Positions 26,620 through 38,891 of a stretch of DNA of 64,000 bases are shown one piece after another. The DNA is from Raja brachyura (taxonomy: Eukaryota). The DNA lies in assembly GCA_963514005.1 (NCBI GenBank), contig OY740804.1, positions 21,328,001 to 21,392,000 on the forward strand. Reading direction: 5' to 3'. Each line of letters begins with the position of its first letter. Positions within the stretch are counted from its first letter, which is position 1. The notes under the pieces are model-generated. The model did no database searches and was not told the origin of the DNA. It saw nothing but the letters and a program-made list of their open reading frames with translations. The position numbers and the translations under genes are program-made.

Positions 26620-27350
26620 ACTTGGAAGCCGTTGCTTCGCCGGGACTGCCGGCGCCCCTGCCCGCTCACCTGCAAGAGACGGTGATCTCCACTTTGGTGG
26701 CCGGGATGCTTCCTTGGATGGGGTCAAAATCGCTCACAGAAGCCATATCGTCGAATTTGTCCATCGCGTCTTCCATCGGTATCCGATAATCCCAGGCTGG
26801 TTCTTCTAGCATGAGCGCTATAGGGTGGGCGACTCGAGGAGTCGTGGGAGGGAGGGAGGGTTAGAGAGAGAGAGTCAAGGGCTACTAACCCCGCGACTGC
26901 CGCGGCCGCTGAATGCTAGTGCATTCGAATTATTCCAACGCAACCTTTTCCTCCGTCTAATTGCACAGCTCCGACGAAGCCTTAATTACAGGTTACGGGC
27001 TGAACCCATACGCCCCGCCCTCGCTTCTAAAGATAACTTGCATTGCTTGTAGCAGTCGGCGCTCGGGAAGGCATGCGAAACCGACCAGTGAAGCATGATT
27101 AAACCCGAGGCGCTCACGTTATTCCACTCCCCAAACCCTTTTTACACTAACAGGGTCTCGCATGCCCGACGTCTCAGACCTCGAATGAGTTCATTCATCA
27201 GCTAGTGTTGGGCGCCAGGGCGATAGACACTTTATCTCAATAAACTGGGAATGGATGCGCTATGTATCATCACCTCTCGCCACAAGCTAGAAAGCCCCAC
27301 CGGTCCCCGAACTAGTGTTGACAGGGCAGTTCGAGACACGTACAGCAGAG
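26620..27350 (-). promoter_or_regulatory. CpG-rich promoter region of CPNE5
   Basis: Local CpG enrichment around exon 1, GC box CGCCCCGCCC at 27011-27020, and a GA tract in the presumed 5'UTR. Confidence 0.65.
26670..26764 (-). CDS. CPNE5: Copine-5 first coding exon
   Basis: MDKFDDMASVSDFDPIQGSIPATKVEITVSC+AG|GTGAGC matches the copine-5 N-terminus (human MEQPEDMASLSEFDSLAGSIPATKVEITVSCR). It is 95 nt with a phase-2 donor. Upstream in-frame ATGs at 26776 and 26812. Missed by the ORF track. Confidence 0.9.
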
Positions 27351-28000
27351 AAACAGACCGTTCGGCCCAACATGCCCCATCTACACACTGGTCCCACTTG
27401 CCCGCGTTTGGCCCACAACCCCTCTAAACATATCCAATCCGTGCGTGTACCTGTCCAAATGTCTTTTAAAAGTCGTAATCATGCTTGTCTCAACTACCTC
27501 CGCTGGCAGCGCGTTCCATCTACCCACCACCCTCAGTGTGAGAAAGTTGCCTCTCAGATTCCTACTAAATGTTCCTCCCTCTCACCTTAAACCTCTGCGC
27601 TCTGGTTCATGATTCCCCTACCCTGGGTAAAAGACGATGTGCATTCATCCTATCCCATTCCTCTCGTGATTTATGCACCCATCTTTTAGATCACCACTCA
27701 GCCTCCAGCGCCCCAAAGAATAAAGTCCTATCCTACCCAACGGCCAACAATATTCTTCAATGTAATCCAATCTTATTTGCTCCCGGTTCATCATTTTAAA
27801 CCCTAAAGACTGGCTGGTTATGGTGGCAAATACCAATGTTGCAATGTAACCAGGTCTTGTACCATAGATATGGATTAAGTGCATCGGATAAACCCATTAT
27901 GGCCTTGGCAGCATGTTCAGCATAGACGGCGTGGGCCGAAGAGCGTGTTCCTGTACCGCACTGTTCTGCAGATAGCGGGACAGGCAGCATCCCCAGAGAG

Positions 28001-28028
28001 AACGTTTCGGGTCGAGACCCTTCTTCAG
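28001..28028 (-). ncRNA. Candidate minimal hammerhead core (Penelope-derived)
   Basis: Minus strand reads CTGAAGAAGGGTCTCGACCCGAAACGTT. Confidence 0.45.
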
Positions 28029-28258
28029 CATTCAGAATGTTCTGCATTCAAACACTGTGATACCAAACCACCATTGAAGATGAACCTGATTCATCTCAAC
28101 TTAATCACCACTGTTTCTTAAACTGTTTTGGATGTTGCATGTAATTTCCAGCGACCCTCGTTCTCCACCAGCCCATTCGGCCTTAAACATGGGCGGTGGG
28201 AACATCAACTTTCAAAATATGGGAGCGCTGCGAAATGCAAAGACGACTTGTCGTTCCA

Positions 28259-28276
28259 CAGTGCCCCCAGCAGGAC
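28259..28276 (-). promoter_or_regulatory. CTCF-like motif
   Basis: Minus strand GTCCTGCTGGGGGCACTG resembles the CTCF core CCASYAGRKGGCRS. Confidence 0.45.
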
Positions 28277-29698
28277 AGAGTTTGACGAGCAAGTGTTTAT
28301 CAAACAATCTACTGGTTCTGGACATCTTTCCACTTTTTATTCCGAATGCATTGCAACCAATTGAAGTTTGATGACATTGGATTATAACTGTGTAACTTAA
28401 CACACAGCGTGTAAACAGTCCTGCAAAAAAAAAGACTGCACGAATGATACTAACCTCAATGTAAAGCAACCACAGATTTAGCCAGAGATTAGAAACAAAA
28501 TGCTGGAGTAACTCAGCGGGTCAGGCAGCATCTGTGGAGATGATCAGCGTAAAATAATACAAACCATTATCCGCAGTAGTGTATATAATGGTAACTAACT
28601 TTAAGTACTGGGTACTATAATTGTACGATTTGTGGCATGTGACATATTCAATATCTTATCATTCTAGTACTCAGTACAAGTTACGTACCTGTACACTACA
28701 TTACCTAAGTCACATTATATACACTGCATCCCCAGTTCCCTTTCATTTCAGATTTAGCCATCCTTTATCCTGCCCCCACCTCTCTTCCAGTTCCATGTCC
28801 TACTACAATCAGTCTAAAGAAGAGTCCCGACCCGAAATATTGTCCATTCCTTCCCTCCACAGATGCTGCCTGACCCTGCAGTTTGGAGGAGCCTGCAGTT
28901 CCTTGTTCCTCTAATTGTTTGATACGTTCTTCAAGGCATAAACATCGGGAGTGACGCCACTGAGAAGATAATTTTGCTTCCAGTTTAAGGGGAGAAGTTG
29001 GAATCCTCGGCCACACCTCACTGCACCGCCGGCCTAGACTTTGTGCACAAGACCCTCCTGTGCTGCCTAAACCCACAGCTTTGAGGCGAAAGTCACTGGA
29101 TCATAAGTGACAGGAGCAGAATTAGGCCATTCGGACCATCTAACCTACTCCGCCATTCAAACAGAGCTGATCTATCTCTCCATCATAACCTCATTCTCCT
29201 GCCTTCTCTCCGTAGCCCCTGACACTCGTACCAAGCATCAACGGGTGAACTGACTGCCTGTTACCCAAGAAAAATGGAAATGGAACGAGTCCTACTAAAT
29301 AGCAATTAAGACACAAGGAACTGCAGATGCTGGAATCTTGAGCAAAATGCAACGCTGGAAGAACTCAGCATCTGTGGAGGGAACGAACTGAAGTAAGGTG
29401 GTGACCCCAAACGTCGCCCGTCCATTCCCTCCTCAGGTGCTGCCTGACCCGCAGTTCCTCCAGCACTTTGTGTTCTGCTCAGGGCGACTGGGGCATTGTT
29501 CTTGTGGGAGCTGATGTCAACTCCACGACTAATCTCAGCGATGTGAAGGTGCACCTTTCTCCTCCAAAAGCGTGGAGAAAACATGTTCCTCCGGAGGTTG
29601 CTTTGATGTATTCCTCCTTCTGCAGGAACCCAAACCTGTTGCACATCTGGTGAAGTGAAGATGGAGGTGACACGACAGACGTTATGAAGCGTTCGGCT

Positions 29699-29718
29699 GC
29701 ACTGCCCTCTAGTGGTCA
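29699..29718 (-). promoter_or_regulatory. CTCF motif
   Basis: Minus strand TGACCACTAGAGGGCAGTGC is a near-consensus CTCF site in non-repeat sequence. Confidence 0.65.
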
Positions 29719-32484
29719 ATGCCAAAATATCTACTCCACAAAACTTGTCCGAATTTCACCTTAAATCGCCAAATACATATCCAATTATAATAATACATAC
29801 ATATTAATTATAAAAGCAATTTGCTATTTGAAGCTTTTTAATGTATAGAGTCATTATCCCTTCAGGCAGAATATACAGAAGGTTGGAAACAGTTTGGAAA
29901 CGTGCCCCATTTAAACTAATCCCCCCCCCCCCTGCATTTGGCCCAGATCCCTCTAAATCTATCCTATCCATGTACCTGTCTAAATGTTTCTTAAACATCG
30001 CGATAGTACCTGGCTCAACTTCCTCCTCTGGCAGCTCATTCCATGCACCCACCAGCCTTTGTGTAAAATAAGTCACCCTGCAGGTTTCTGTTAAATCATC
30101 CCCCCCCCCCCCCCCCCCCGACCTCGCCATAAACCTATGTCGTCCAGTATTTATTCCCCTACACTCTGAGCAAAATGCTCTGATCTATTCCTCTCATGAT
30201 TTTGTTCACCTCTACAAGATCTCTACACCTTTGCACCTCGGCCTCCTGCGCTCCAAGGAATAAAGTCCAATCCTGCCCCACCTCTCCCTGCAGCTCAGGC
30301 CCTCGAGTCCTGGCAACATCCTCGTAAATCTTCTCTGCACCCTGTATCTCAGTACACACGACAGCAATAAACCAGTACCACGTATCAAGAACCATCTGCA
30401 TCGTGAGGGATCTTGTAAAACACTCCTTGTAGTTTGGTCACATTATTCTCTAAAATATATATTTATCGCATTTGTGCAATGTATCTCGGTGCACATGACA
30501 ATAATGAACCAATACCTAAGTCCAAGATCAATAAAACACAAGACACAGCTGGGTTAATATTAACCTGTGGGGATAAAGGTCGAGGTTGGTTTCGAGAGAT
30601 CTCGGGGAAGTGGGAGGTGGAAAATAACTCTTGCTCAAAGAAACACAGACTGCAATGTTGGATCAGGTGCTATGTGCAGCAGTCAATTTGATTTACTTTT
30701 ACAAGGTTGCCGTCATCTGTAGGAAGAATGAGTTAATACTGGACTATTCAGCCTCCTTGAACGTGGCCTGCCTGTTTGTGATTGTCCAACCTCTCTGTCT
30801 GGTGCTTGGAGAATATGCTGGAGTGCTGGCTTACTTCATCTCCGCCGCCTTATCTTACAACATTCTGCCAAGGAACACCAGGATCTCTAGTGAAGGAGAA
30901 AGGCTAATACAGGACCCAGTCCGCCAGAACGTGAAGAAAGTCAGCTAACGCTCCTTAGATAAACCTTGGACCCAGGAGCTGAGATTATCCGTGGAACTCT
31001 GCGCTCTAACCTGCCTGGCTTTGCCCTGTCCCCACCTCTCTTCCAGCATTCTCCTCCCTACTACAATCAGTCTGAGGAAGGGTCCCGACCCGCCAACATC
31101 ACCTATCCATGTTCTCCAGAGATGCTGACTGACCCCCTGAGTTACTCCAGCACTTTGTGCCTTTTTGGTAAACCAACATCTGCAGTTCCTTGTGTCTATG
31201 AAGGCTTAATGATTGGATTCACTACTTGCAACATGAAACACTTGGATTGGAATCATTTTCATTGAATTTCAGGAAAAATAGTTATATTTTATTTGAAGGC
31301 TAATTCTGGATTATTTTTTGTATTTTGTGTTTTGTAATTCTTAACTCACTAATTTACTGGCTTATGTATAATGATGATTGGAGCTATAACTAGTAAAATA
31401 TAATAGTCATACATAGAACAGTCGCTTCGGCCCAACTCGTCCATGCTGACCTACATGCCCCATCTCAGCGAGTCCCATTTGCCTGTGTTTGACCCCTTTC
31501 CCTCTAAACCTTTTCCATCCATGTACTTGCCCAATTGCCTTTTAAATGTTGTTATAGTACCTGCCTCAACTACTTCCTCTGGCAGCTCGTTCCACATACA
31601 CAGTGCCGTTTGTGTGAAAAAGTTGCCTCAGGTTCCGATTAACTCTTTCCCCTCAGTAACGTTTCTCCATTTTGTTTTAAGTGAACCGGCCAGGGGAACC
31701 CTTGAAACCATAACGCTTACAAATTACTGCTGTGGTTTTTGGTTGTATCACCTATTTAGTTGCTTCACGAATTCAACAGCAAAATGCTAAAGGCACGGGG
31801 TACCTAAAGTGAAACAGAGATGCTGGAAATATTCAGCTAGTCAGCAAGTGTTTGTGGTGAGGGAAACTGGGTGAAAAAGCAAGGCCATCATTCACAAGTC
31901 TTAAATGTTAACTCTTTTTTCTCATACTGGGTAAGAAATTTTAGACGGTTTATAACCACTGACCACCGTTACGTTCTTGGGAAGCCAACTGTGGAATTTG
32001 GGAAAGTAATAATAATATTTAGGCTTACTGAAATGGAGGAATACGGAGGAACATGCATTCATAGTGTCGTAAGACCAGTCATCAGACTCCACAATGGCTG
32101 ACACTGACACCTGTAAATAACTACCCTCTAATGGAAATGCTCTTTGTACAAAAATGTAGCACCACTGGATCGAGCACAGCAGCGATCTGTCTCCAACTAT
32201 TGGGTTGTGGAGTCAGATTGACAGGACGGAAGAATCTTTCCTGCCTCGGTGATTTATGTGTGTCAGAGCGAGGAGCTGAGACGAAGCAGTTCTCTGACCG
32301 AGATATCAATAAGTGTGCTTCCTCCTCCTCTGACTTTGGCTGCTCAGTGCGCATCCATCTGCTCCATTGAAAACAAAATAAAAGTCTTGTTAAAAAAATC
32401 AAACAGTGTTAATGATTTGTATTTGGTAAAGCGATGACCATAAAAAGCCATGAAAGGGCACGTCAACTCACCATTATTCTACCA

Positions 32485-32583
32485 TCAGTCTGAAGAAGGG
32501 TCTCAACCCGAAACGTCGCCTATTTCCTTCGCTCCATAGACGCTGTCTCACCCGCTGAGTTTCCCCAGCATTTTTGTCTACCT
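32485..32583 (+). mobile_element. 99-bp Penelope-derived insertion with intact hammerhead-like core (32490-32517) and 12-bp TSD
   Basis: ATTATTCTACCA at 32473-32484 and 32584-32595; core CTGAAGAAGGGTCTCAACCCGAAACGTC. Confidence 0.8.
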
Positions 32584-34037
32584 ATTATTCTACCAAATAC
32601 AAGTTCGTTTTTGATAACCCCCTCACTCGGTTATAGTGGACAATTGGCAATAATGGGCACCATCCCCCACCTCCTCCCCCCTCCCTATGGTCCCTTTACC
32701 CTCTTATTTTATTTTTGGAGCCCAAGTATTTATAAATCCACGGCATACCTGTTCCAAATGTAGTACTGTAATTCTAGCATAGTGTGTGGAGCCCAGAACT
32801 GCCACCAGAAATCCAAGTGTCATCTAATTAGCTCTTTGTAGAGCAATACATGGCTTCCGTCTCTTATATTCAACTTCACTGGATACTGCAACGAGTGCTG
32901 TAACTGCATTTAACAGGCGTTGGGACAGGTACATGGATAGGAAAGTTTTAGAGGGTTCCGGGCCAAATGCAGGCAGGGGGGACAAGTGTATATGGGGCAT
33001 CTTGGTTGGTGAGGGCAAGTTGGGCCGAATAGCCCGTTTCTGTGCTGTTTGACACTGTGACTATGATACTGTAAAGACCAGATTAAAATATATATTTTTG
33101 TTTTCCATATTTATCTATAATTCTGAAGAAGGGTCCTGACCTGAAAAGTTATAGGAGCAGAATTAACCCATTCGGCCCATCACGTGTACTCCACCATTTA
33201 ATTTTGTCTGTTCCAACTTTCCCTGTCAACTCCATTCTCCTGCCTTCTCCGCATAACCCCCCGACACCCTTACTCATCAAGAATCTATCAATCTCCACCT
33301 TAAAAATATCCCATCACCTATCCACGTTCCCCAGAGATGCTGCCTGACCGGCCGAGTTACTCCAGCACTTTGTGTTGGTTTTTTTTTGTAAAACAGCACC
33401 TGCAATTCCTCGTGTCTTGGTTTCTCTGACTGTGTAAAGTCCGTATTTGAGTCACCAAGCTATTCGTCACTCCCGCTCGCGACCACATGAGACCGGTGGC
33501 TGTCACCGACTCTCTCAGTCATCCCGTGAATGTGCTGTCCTTAACGCTGTGGTATTTAGCGCACTTTCAGGATGAAGAACCAAGTAATAATCGTAATTAC
33601 TGCACATTATGTCACGGCTTCCTGGATCCCGTCACAAGGAGGAAGACGAGACATCAACATTGTTGGCCTTTTGACAACACCTAATTGTGGAGAAGCAAAC
33701 TACAGTCATTGAAAGAATGGTGTTAACTTTCACATGGCCTCCACACTTTGGGCTGGTGTTCAAATTGTCAGGCCCATCACAGTCACATTAGCTAATGAAA
33801 CCCTACAAGACAGTTAAAAGTCAAGAGTTTAATTGTCATATGTACGGAGAACAGAACAATGAAATTCTTACTTGCAGCGGCACAAGATGTAAAACATCGT
33901 CCTCACTGAAAACACAATAAATAAAAAAAGTTCAATAAATTAAACAAAAAAAGTCTCAGTGCAAAACTAAAGCCCAAAGTACCCAGTGAAAGCAGAACAG
34001 TGCGTAGTTGGTGTTGGTGGTATTCAAGAGTCTGATG

Positions 34038-35090
34038 GTTCATAGAGTCATAGAGTGATACAGTATGGAAACAGGCCCTTCGGCCCAACTTGCCAACACC
34101 AATCAACATATCCCAACTACACCTTTCCCATCTGCCCCCATTTGGTCCATATCCCTCCAAACCTGTCCTATCCATGTACCTGTCTAACTGTTTCTTAAAT
34201 GTTGGGATAGTCCTTGCCTCTTCTGGCAGCTTGTTCCATACATCCACCACCCTTTTATCAAAAAAGTTACCCCTCAGATTCCTATTAAATCTTCTCCCTT
34301 TCACCTAAATCCTATATTTTGGTTCTCGATTCACCTACTCTTCGCATCTACCCGATCTATTCCTCTCATGATATTATACACCTCCATAAGATCACCCGCA
34401 TCCTCCTGCGCACCAAGGAATAAAGTCCCAGCCTGCTCAACCTGTGCCTATAGCTCACACCCTCCAATTCTTGACACCATCTTTCCTATAACACAGTGCT
34501 CAGAACTGAACGCAATACTCTAAATGCGGTCTCACCAACGTCTTCTACAATCGCACCATGATCTCTTAACTTCTATACTCAATACTCTGGCTGATGAAGG
34601 TCAATGTGCCAAAAGCCATTTTGACCACCCGATCTACCTGCGACTCAAACTTCAAGGAACCCTGCACCCGTACTCCTAGATCCCTCTGCTCTACAACATT
34701 CCCCAGAACCCTACCATTCACTGTGTAGGTTTGGCCCATGTTGGACTTCCCAAAATGCAACACCTCACGTTTCTCTGCATTAAATTCCATCAACCATTCC
34801 TCAGCCCAGCTGGCCAATCGATCAAAATCCTGCTGCAATTTTTGACAACCATCTTCACTATCTGCAAAACCACCCACTTTTGTATCATCTGCAAATTTTC
34901 TAATCTTGCCGTGTATGTTCTCATCCAAATTATTGATATAAATAACAAACAGTAACGGGCCAGCACCGAACCTCGAGGTGAACCACTAGTCACAGGCCTC
35001 CAGTCTGAGAAGCAACCTTCCACCATCACCCTCTGCTTCCTTCCAAAAAGCCAATGTTCTATCCATTCAGCTATCTCTCCTTGGATCCAG
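34038..35090 (-). mobile_element. CR1-type LINE 3' portion with RT remnant
   Basis: WRPVTSG..GSVL, KFADDTKVGG, LASWAEEWLMEFNAEK, QRDLGV; tail ends in CTCTATGACTCTATG. Confidence 0.9.
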
Positions 35091-35099
35091 TTGCTTGGT

Positions 35100-35315
35100 T
35101 CGGTTGCTGGGACGAAGCTGTTCCTTAACGTGGAGGTCACGGTTTTCATACTCCTGTACCTTCTTCTCGATGGCAGGAGTGAAATGAGAGCATAGCCAGG
35201 GTGGTGTGGGTCCCCGATGGAGCTGGCTACTTTGTTGAGGCATCGCCTCCTGTAGATCCCTATGATAGTGGGGAGGTCAGTATTTGTGGTGGACCAGGCA
35301 GTGTTCACTACTTTG
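35100..35315 (-). mobile_element. Rex1/Babar LINE C-terminal fragment
   Basis: LPTIIGIYRRRCLNKVASSIGDPHHPGYALISLLPSRRRYRS..TLRNSF. Confidence 0.75.
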
Positions 35316-35979
35316 TGTTATCTCCTGACACTGGCAAGTAGGTGGTTTATGGTCTGCATGAAGTCAATAGGCTAAAGGGCCTGTTTCCATGCTCCCTATC
35401 TCTCTGATGTATGTTCTCAGTAAGCATATTTTGGCATTGAATGAGTAGTTAAATCAATTTTAAATGAAGGAGCAATCTTTAAATTTTCCAAATCAATTTG
35501 TCAGCTGCTATTAAGTATTGACAGAACCTCCTTTTATCTGGTAGAGCTGCTGCCTCACAGTGCCAGAGACGTGAATTTTATCCTGAAATCCTCAGGTGCT
35601 GCCTTTGTGGAGTTTGCACGTTCACCCTGTGACCATATGGGTTTCCTCCAGGTGATTCGGTTTCCTCCCACATCCCAAAGATGTGCTGGTTTGTAGGCTA
35701 ATTGGCCTCTGTAAATTGTCCCTAGTATGTAGGGAGTGGATGAGGAAGTGGGATAACAAAGAACCAGTGTGAATGGGCGATCAATAGTCAACAAGGACGG
35801 TGGGCCGAAGAGCATGTTGCCATGTTTCAATCTGAAGAGGGGTTCCAACCCGAACTGTTGCCTTTCAAAGTTCCCCACAGATGCTGCCTGACCTACTGAG
35901 TTACTCCAGCACTTTGTGTCTTTTTTTGTAAACCAGCATCTGCAGTTCCTTGTGTCCCCTCTGGACTTGGAATACTTAG

Positions 35980-36600
35980 TCATGCAGCACCAAATCAGGC
36001 CCTTTGGCCCAACTTGCCCATGCCGACCAAGATGCCCCATCTACACTAGTCCCACCTACCTGCGTTTGGCCCACATCCCTCTAAACCTTTCCTATCAATG
36101 TACCTGTCCAACTGTCTTTTAAATGTTGTGATAGTAACTGCTTCAATTACCTCCTCTGGCAGCTTGTTCCATATACCTATCACCCTGTGTGTGAAAAATT
36201 TTCCCCCTAACGTTCCTACAAATGTTTCCCCATCTTAATTTAAATCTCTGTCCTCTGGTTATTGATTCACCTACTCTGGGTAAAAGATTCTATGCATTCA
36301 CCCTATCTATTCCCTTCATGATTTTCTACTTTTCTATTGGATCACCACTCATCCTCCAGCGTTCAAAGGAATAAACTCCTAACCTGCCCAACCTCTCCCC
36401 AAAGCCGAAGCCCTCGTGTCCTGGCAATATCCTCATAACATTTCTCCGTCCCTTTTCTATCTTGACAACATCTTTCCTCCAACCGGGTGAACCAAAAGTG
36501 AACACAATACTCCATGTGTCCTCACCAATGTTTTGTGCAACTGTAACGTAACATCCCATCTCAACTTTCATACGCAATGCTCTGACTGATGAAGGCTTGT
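35980..36600 (-). mobile_element. CR1/HER1-like LINE 3' fragment
   Basis: ERLGRLGVYSFERWRMSGD followed by the standard tail. Confidence 0.75.
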
Positions 36601-37904
36601 TAAAAGAACTATTTTATTTTGATACCACACACCAAATTTCGGCAGGGCATTTTGACTGCCAGCTTGAACATACTGTGGCACAAAGGTCAGTCTATAAATT
36701 CTTTCCAAATTTCACACTACTCTGACTTACAATTATAATATTGTCACTCGGTCAAAATCCTCCTACAATCTGTCTGCCTGAAGAAGGGTCCCAGCCCGAA
36801 AGGTCACCCATCCACGTACTCTGCTACCTGACCTGCTGAGGAGCTCCAGCACAACAAGTATGTATCTTTATAAAACACACCTGCCACTCCCTGTGTCTAT
36901 CCGCCCTGTAAGAAAACCTTCAGTGAAAGTTTTGGTTTAGTTTAGATGCCCTTCGGCCCACCGAGTACACACAACCATCGATCACCTGTTCACACCAATT
37001 CTATGCTACCTCACTTTCTCAACCACTACCTACACACTAGGGGCAATTTACAGAGGCCAATAAACCTACAAACCTGCACGTATTTGGGATGTGGGAGGAA
37101 ACCGGAGCAAACCCATGCGGTCATTGGGAGAACGTGCGAACTCCACACACAGATAGCTCCCGAGGTCAGGATGGAACCCGAATCTCTGGTGCTGTCAGGC
37201 AGTCGCTCTGCTGCTACCGTGCTGTCTTATCAAAAAGGAATGCATTGGTTTAAGAATCACGTTCCTGAGGCCAATTAGGGATGATCATTCACAAACCTGG
37301 TGTTTGGCGTTTAGATTTTACCGTAGCTTTACAAACAGCTGGTGTTGAAACAGATCGTTCATGCCACTGGCTGGAGTTAGTTAGTATTACAGGACATGGG
37401 CATACTTGAGGCAAGTTAGTGCAGATGCTCTGTACATTAAGATAAAGAAAAGCATAATTGCGGAGATGAGTCATTTGTGTGAAGCAGCTCTGTAACATAC
37501 ACAGTTAAGATGACAGAATTATCGAAGCATTGCTGCTTAATGACTACTGGCCCAGTGTTCATTTTGTTCACACTGGGGGGGTTCAGTAAATCTTCCCCCC
37601 GTTTTTGCCACAAGCAAACTCGGATGGAGTAAATATAACTAATTTAAAGAGAATTGGGTATTTTTAGAAGTTTGATATTTTGTGAATGACGTTTCCTGCC
37701 TTGAGGACATAACATTCAACATGACTCACACTTCCATTTGTGTATCCATGTGGTGTCTGTGAACTTTACAATTTGTTTTTATCCACAAGACAATTAGACT
37801 TCACACATTAAGTCTGGTTTAAAATAAAAAACGCCAGCTGTACATTATTATCTGAGTGACCAAGCAATCATTTATTCAAAAAAGTTAATTATTTCCCCTG
37901 AGCG

Positions 37905-38748
37905 TTGTACAATGGGTGACGCATGTGGTGACGCGCGGTGTCTCCGTTGTCCCTGGATTTTGGAATGTTCAAGATCTTCAGGAGACATCTGTGTGTCTTT
38001 AAATGTCGTGTGCCCTGTCACACGCTGACGTATATGCTCTCCTGCAGGGTGACGGCCGGTGACACCTGCTCCACACCTGCAACTTTGCTGTTTTATTTCT
38101 TATGATACACTTACACGCAACTCGGCACAAGGTGAGAATGACTCGCGAGGGTAGTCCTCATTGCCGTTGTAATCACAAAGATCGACACACGTGCAATGTA
38201 TCGCAATTTAAAGAGACCCCCAATAACTAGCGAGGGGGTCTGAGCAGTCTACTAGGACGAACACAACCTTGCTGATTTAGGTTGAAGTCGGAGGAGAATG
38301 CTTACAAGCGGCGATCCCGGGGACTGCGACTGGGCGCCGATTACTTAAAGATTATTGGCCTTGGTATGTTGAAGGGAAATGTTACTGAATGTAGAGGGAG
38401 AGGGAGAGGGATGGAATTTACGAATGGCGAGAATTGAAAGCAGAACGATATCTGCAGCAGAGATCCAACTCGGCTGGGAGAACGGGAGAGGAGCGTGGCG
38501 AGCTAGAAACAGGATACTGCTGGGTCGAAACAGAGACCGCGCAGAGAGCGACTCGTATTTAAAAACCCCAAAGCGCTATCTGTTCGAGCAGCGGGCAAAC
38601 TGACAAGGAAGCAGATATTCATTTCCAATGTGATTATTATACTTCAGTGTAGTGTGAAGGTGGCTGACGAGGAGTGTCGTACAACTTGACGGTTTTTAGG
38701 GCGTCAATCACTGACGTTCGCAGTTGCTGAAAAAAATCGCAAAGTGGG
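37905..38748. mobile_element. CpG-rich, probably Harbinger-like non-autonomous element (truncated)
   Basis: Block rich in GTGACG/CGCG motifs, ending GAAAAAAATCGCAAAGTGGG, like the AGTGGGACAGG terminus at ~23940. The left TIR is not recognised. Confidence 0.4.
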
Positions 38749-38891
38749 TGTTGTCTGTAGGGAGTTTGCACGCTCTCCCTGTGACCGCATGGGTTTTTCC
38801 CCCGGCTGTAAACACACAGCACGTCGGACAGCGTAGGTGATGGCTGACGCCCACATATCTCAGGCCTCTGAGCTAATGGGTTCAGGAGCTA

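Noticed and set aside
1-26669. CPNE5 exons 2-4 (NLLDKD.FSKSDP, FGRTEVIDNTLNP)
   Set aside because: Not found by eye. They probably lie left of the window, but very short exons could have been missed.
29479-29673. MCNRFGFLQKEEYI loosely resembling an acetyltransferase C-terminal motif
   Set aside because: Similarity is limited to a few residues and there are no supporting exons.
38815-38835. REST/NRSE-like CACAGCACGTCGGACAGCGTA
   Set aside because: 15 of 21 positions match, but there are mismatches in the key left half-site and it sits between transposon fragments.
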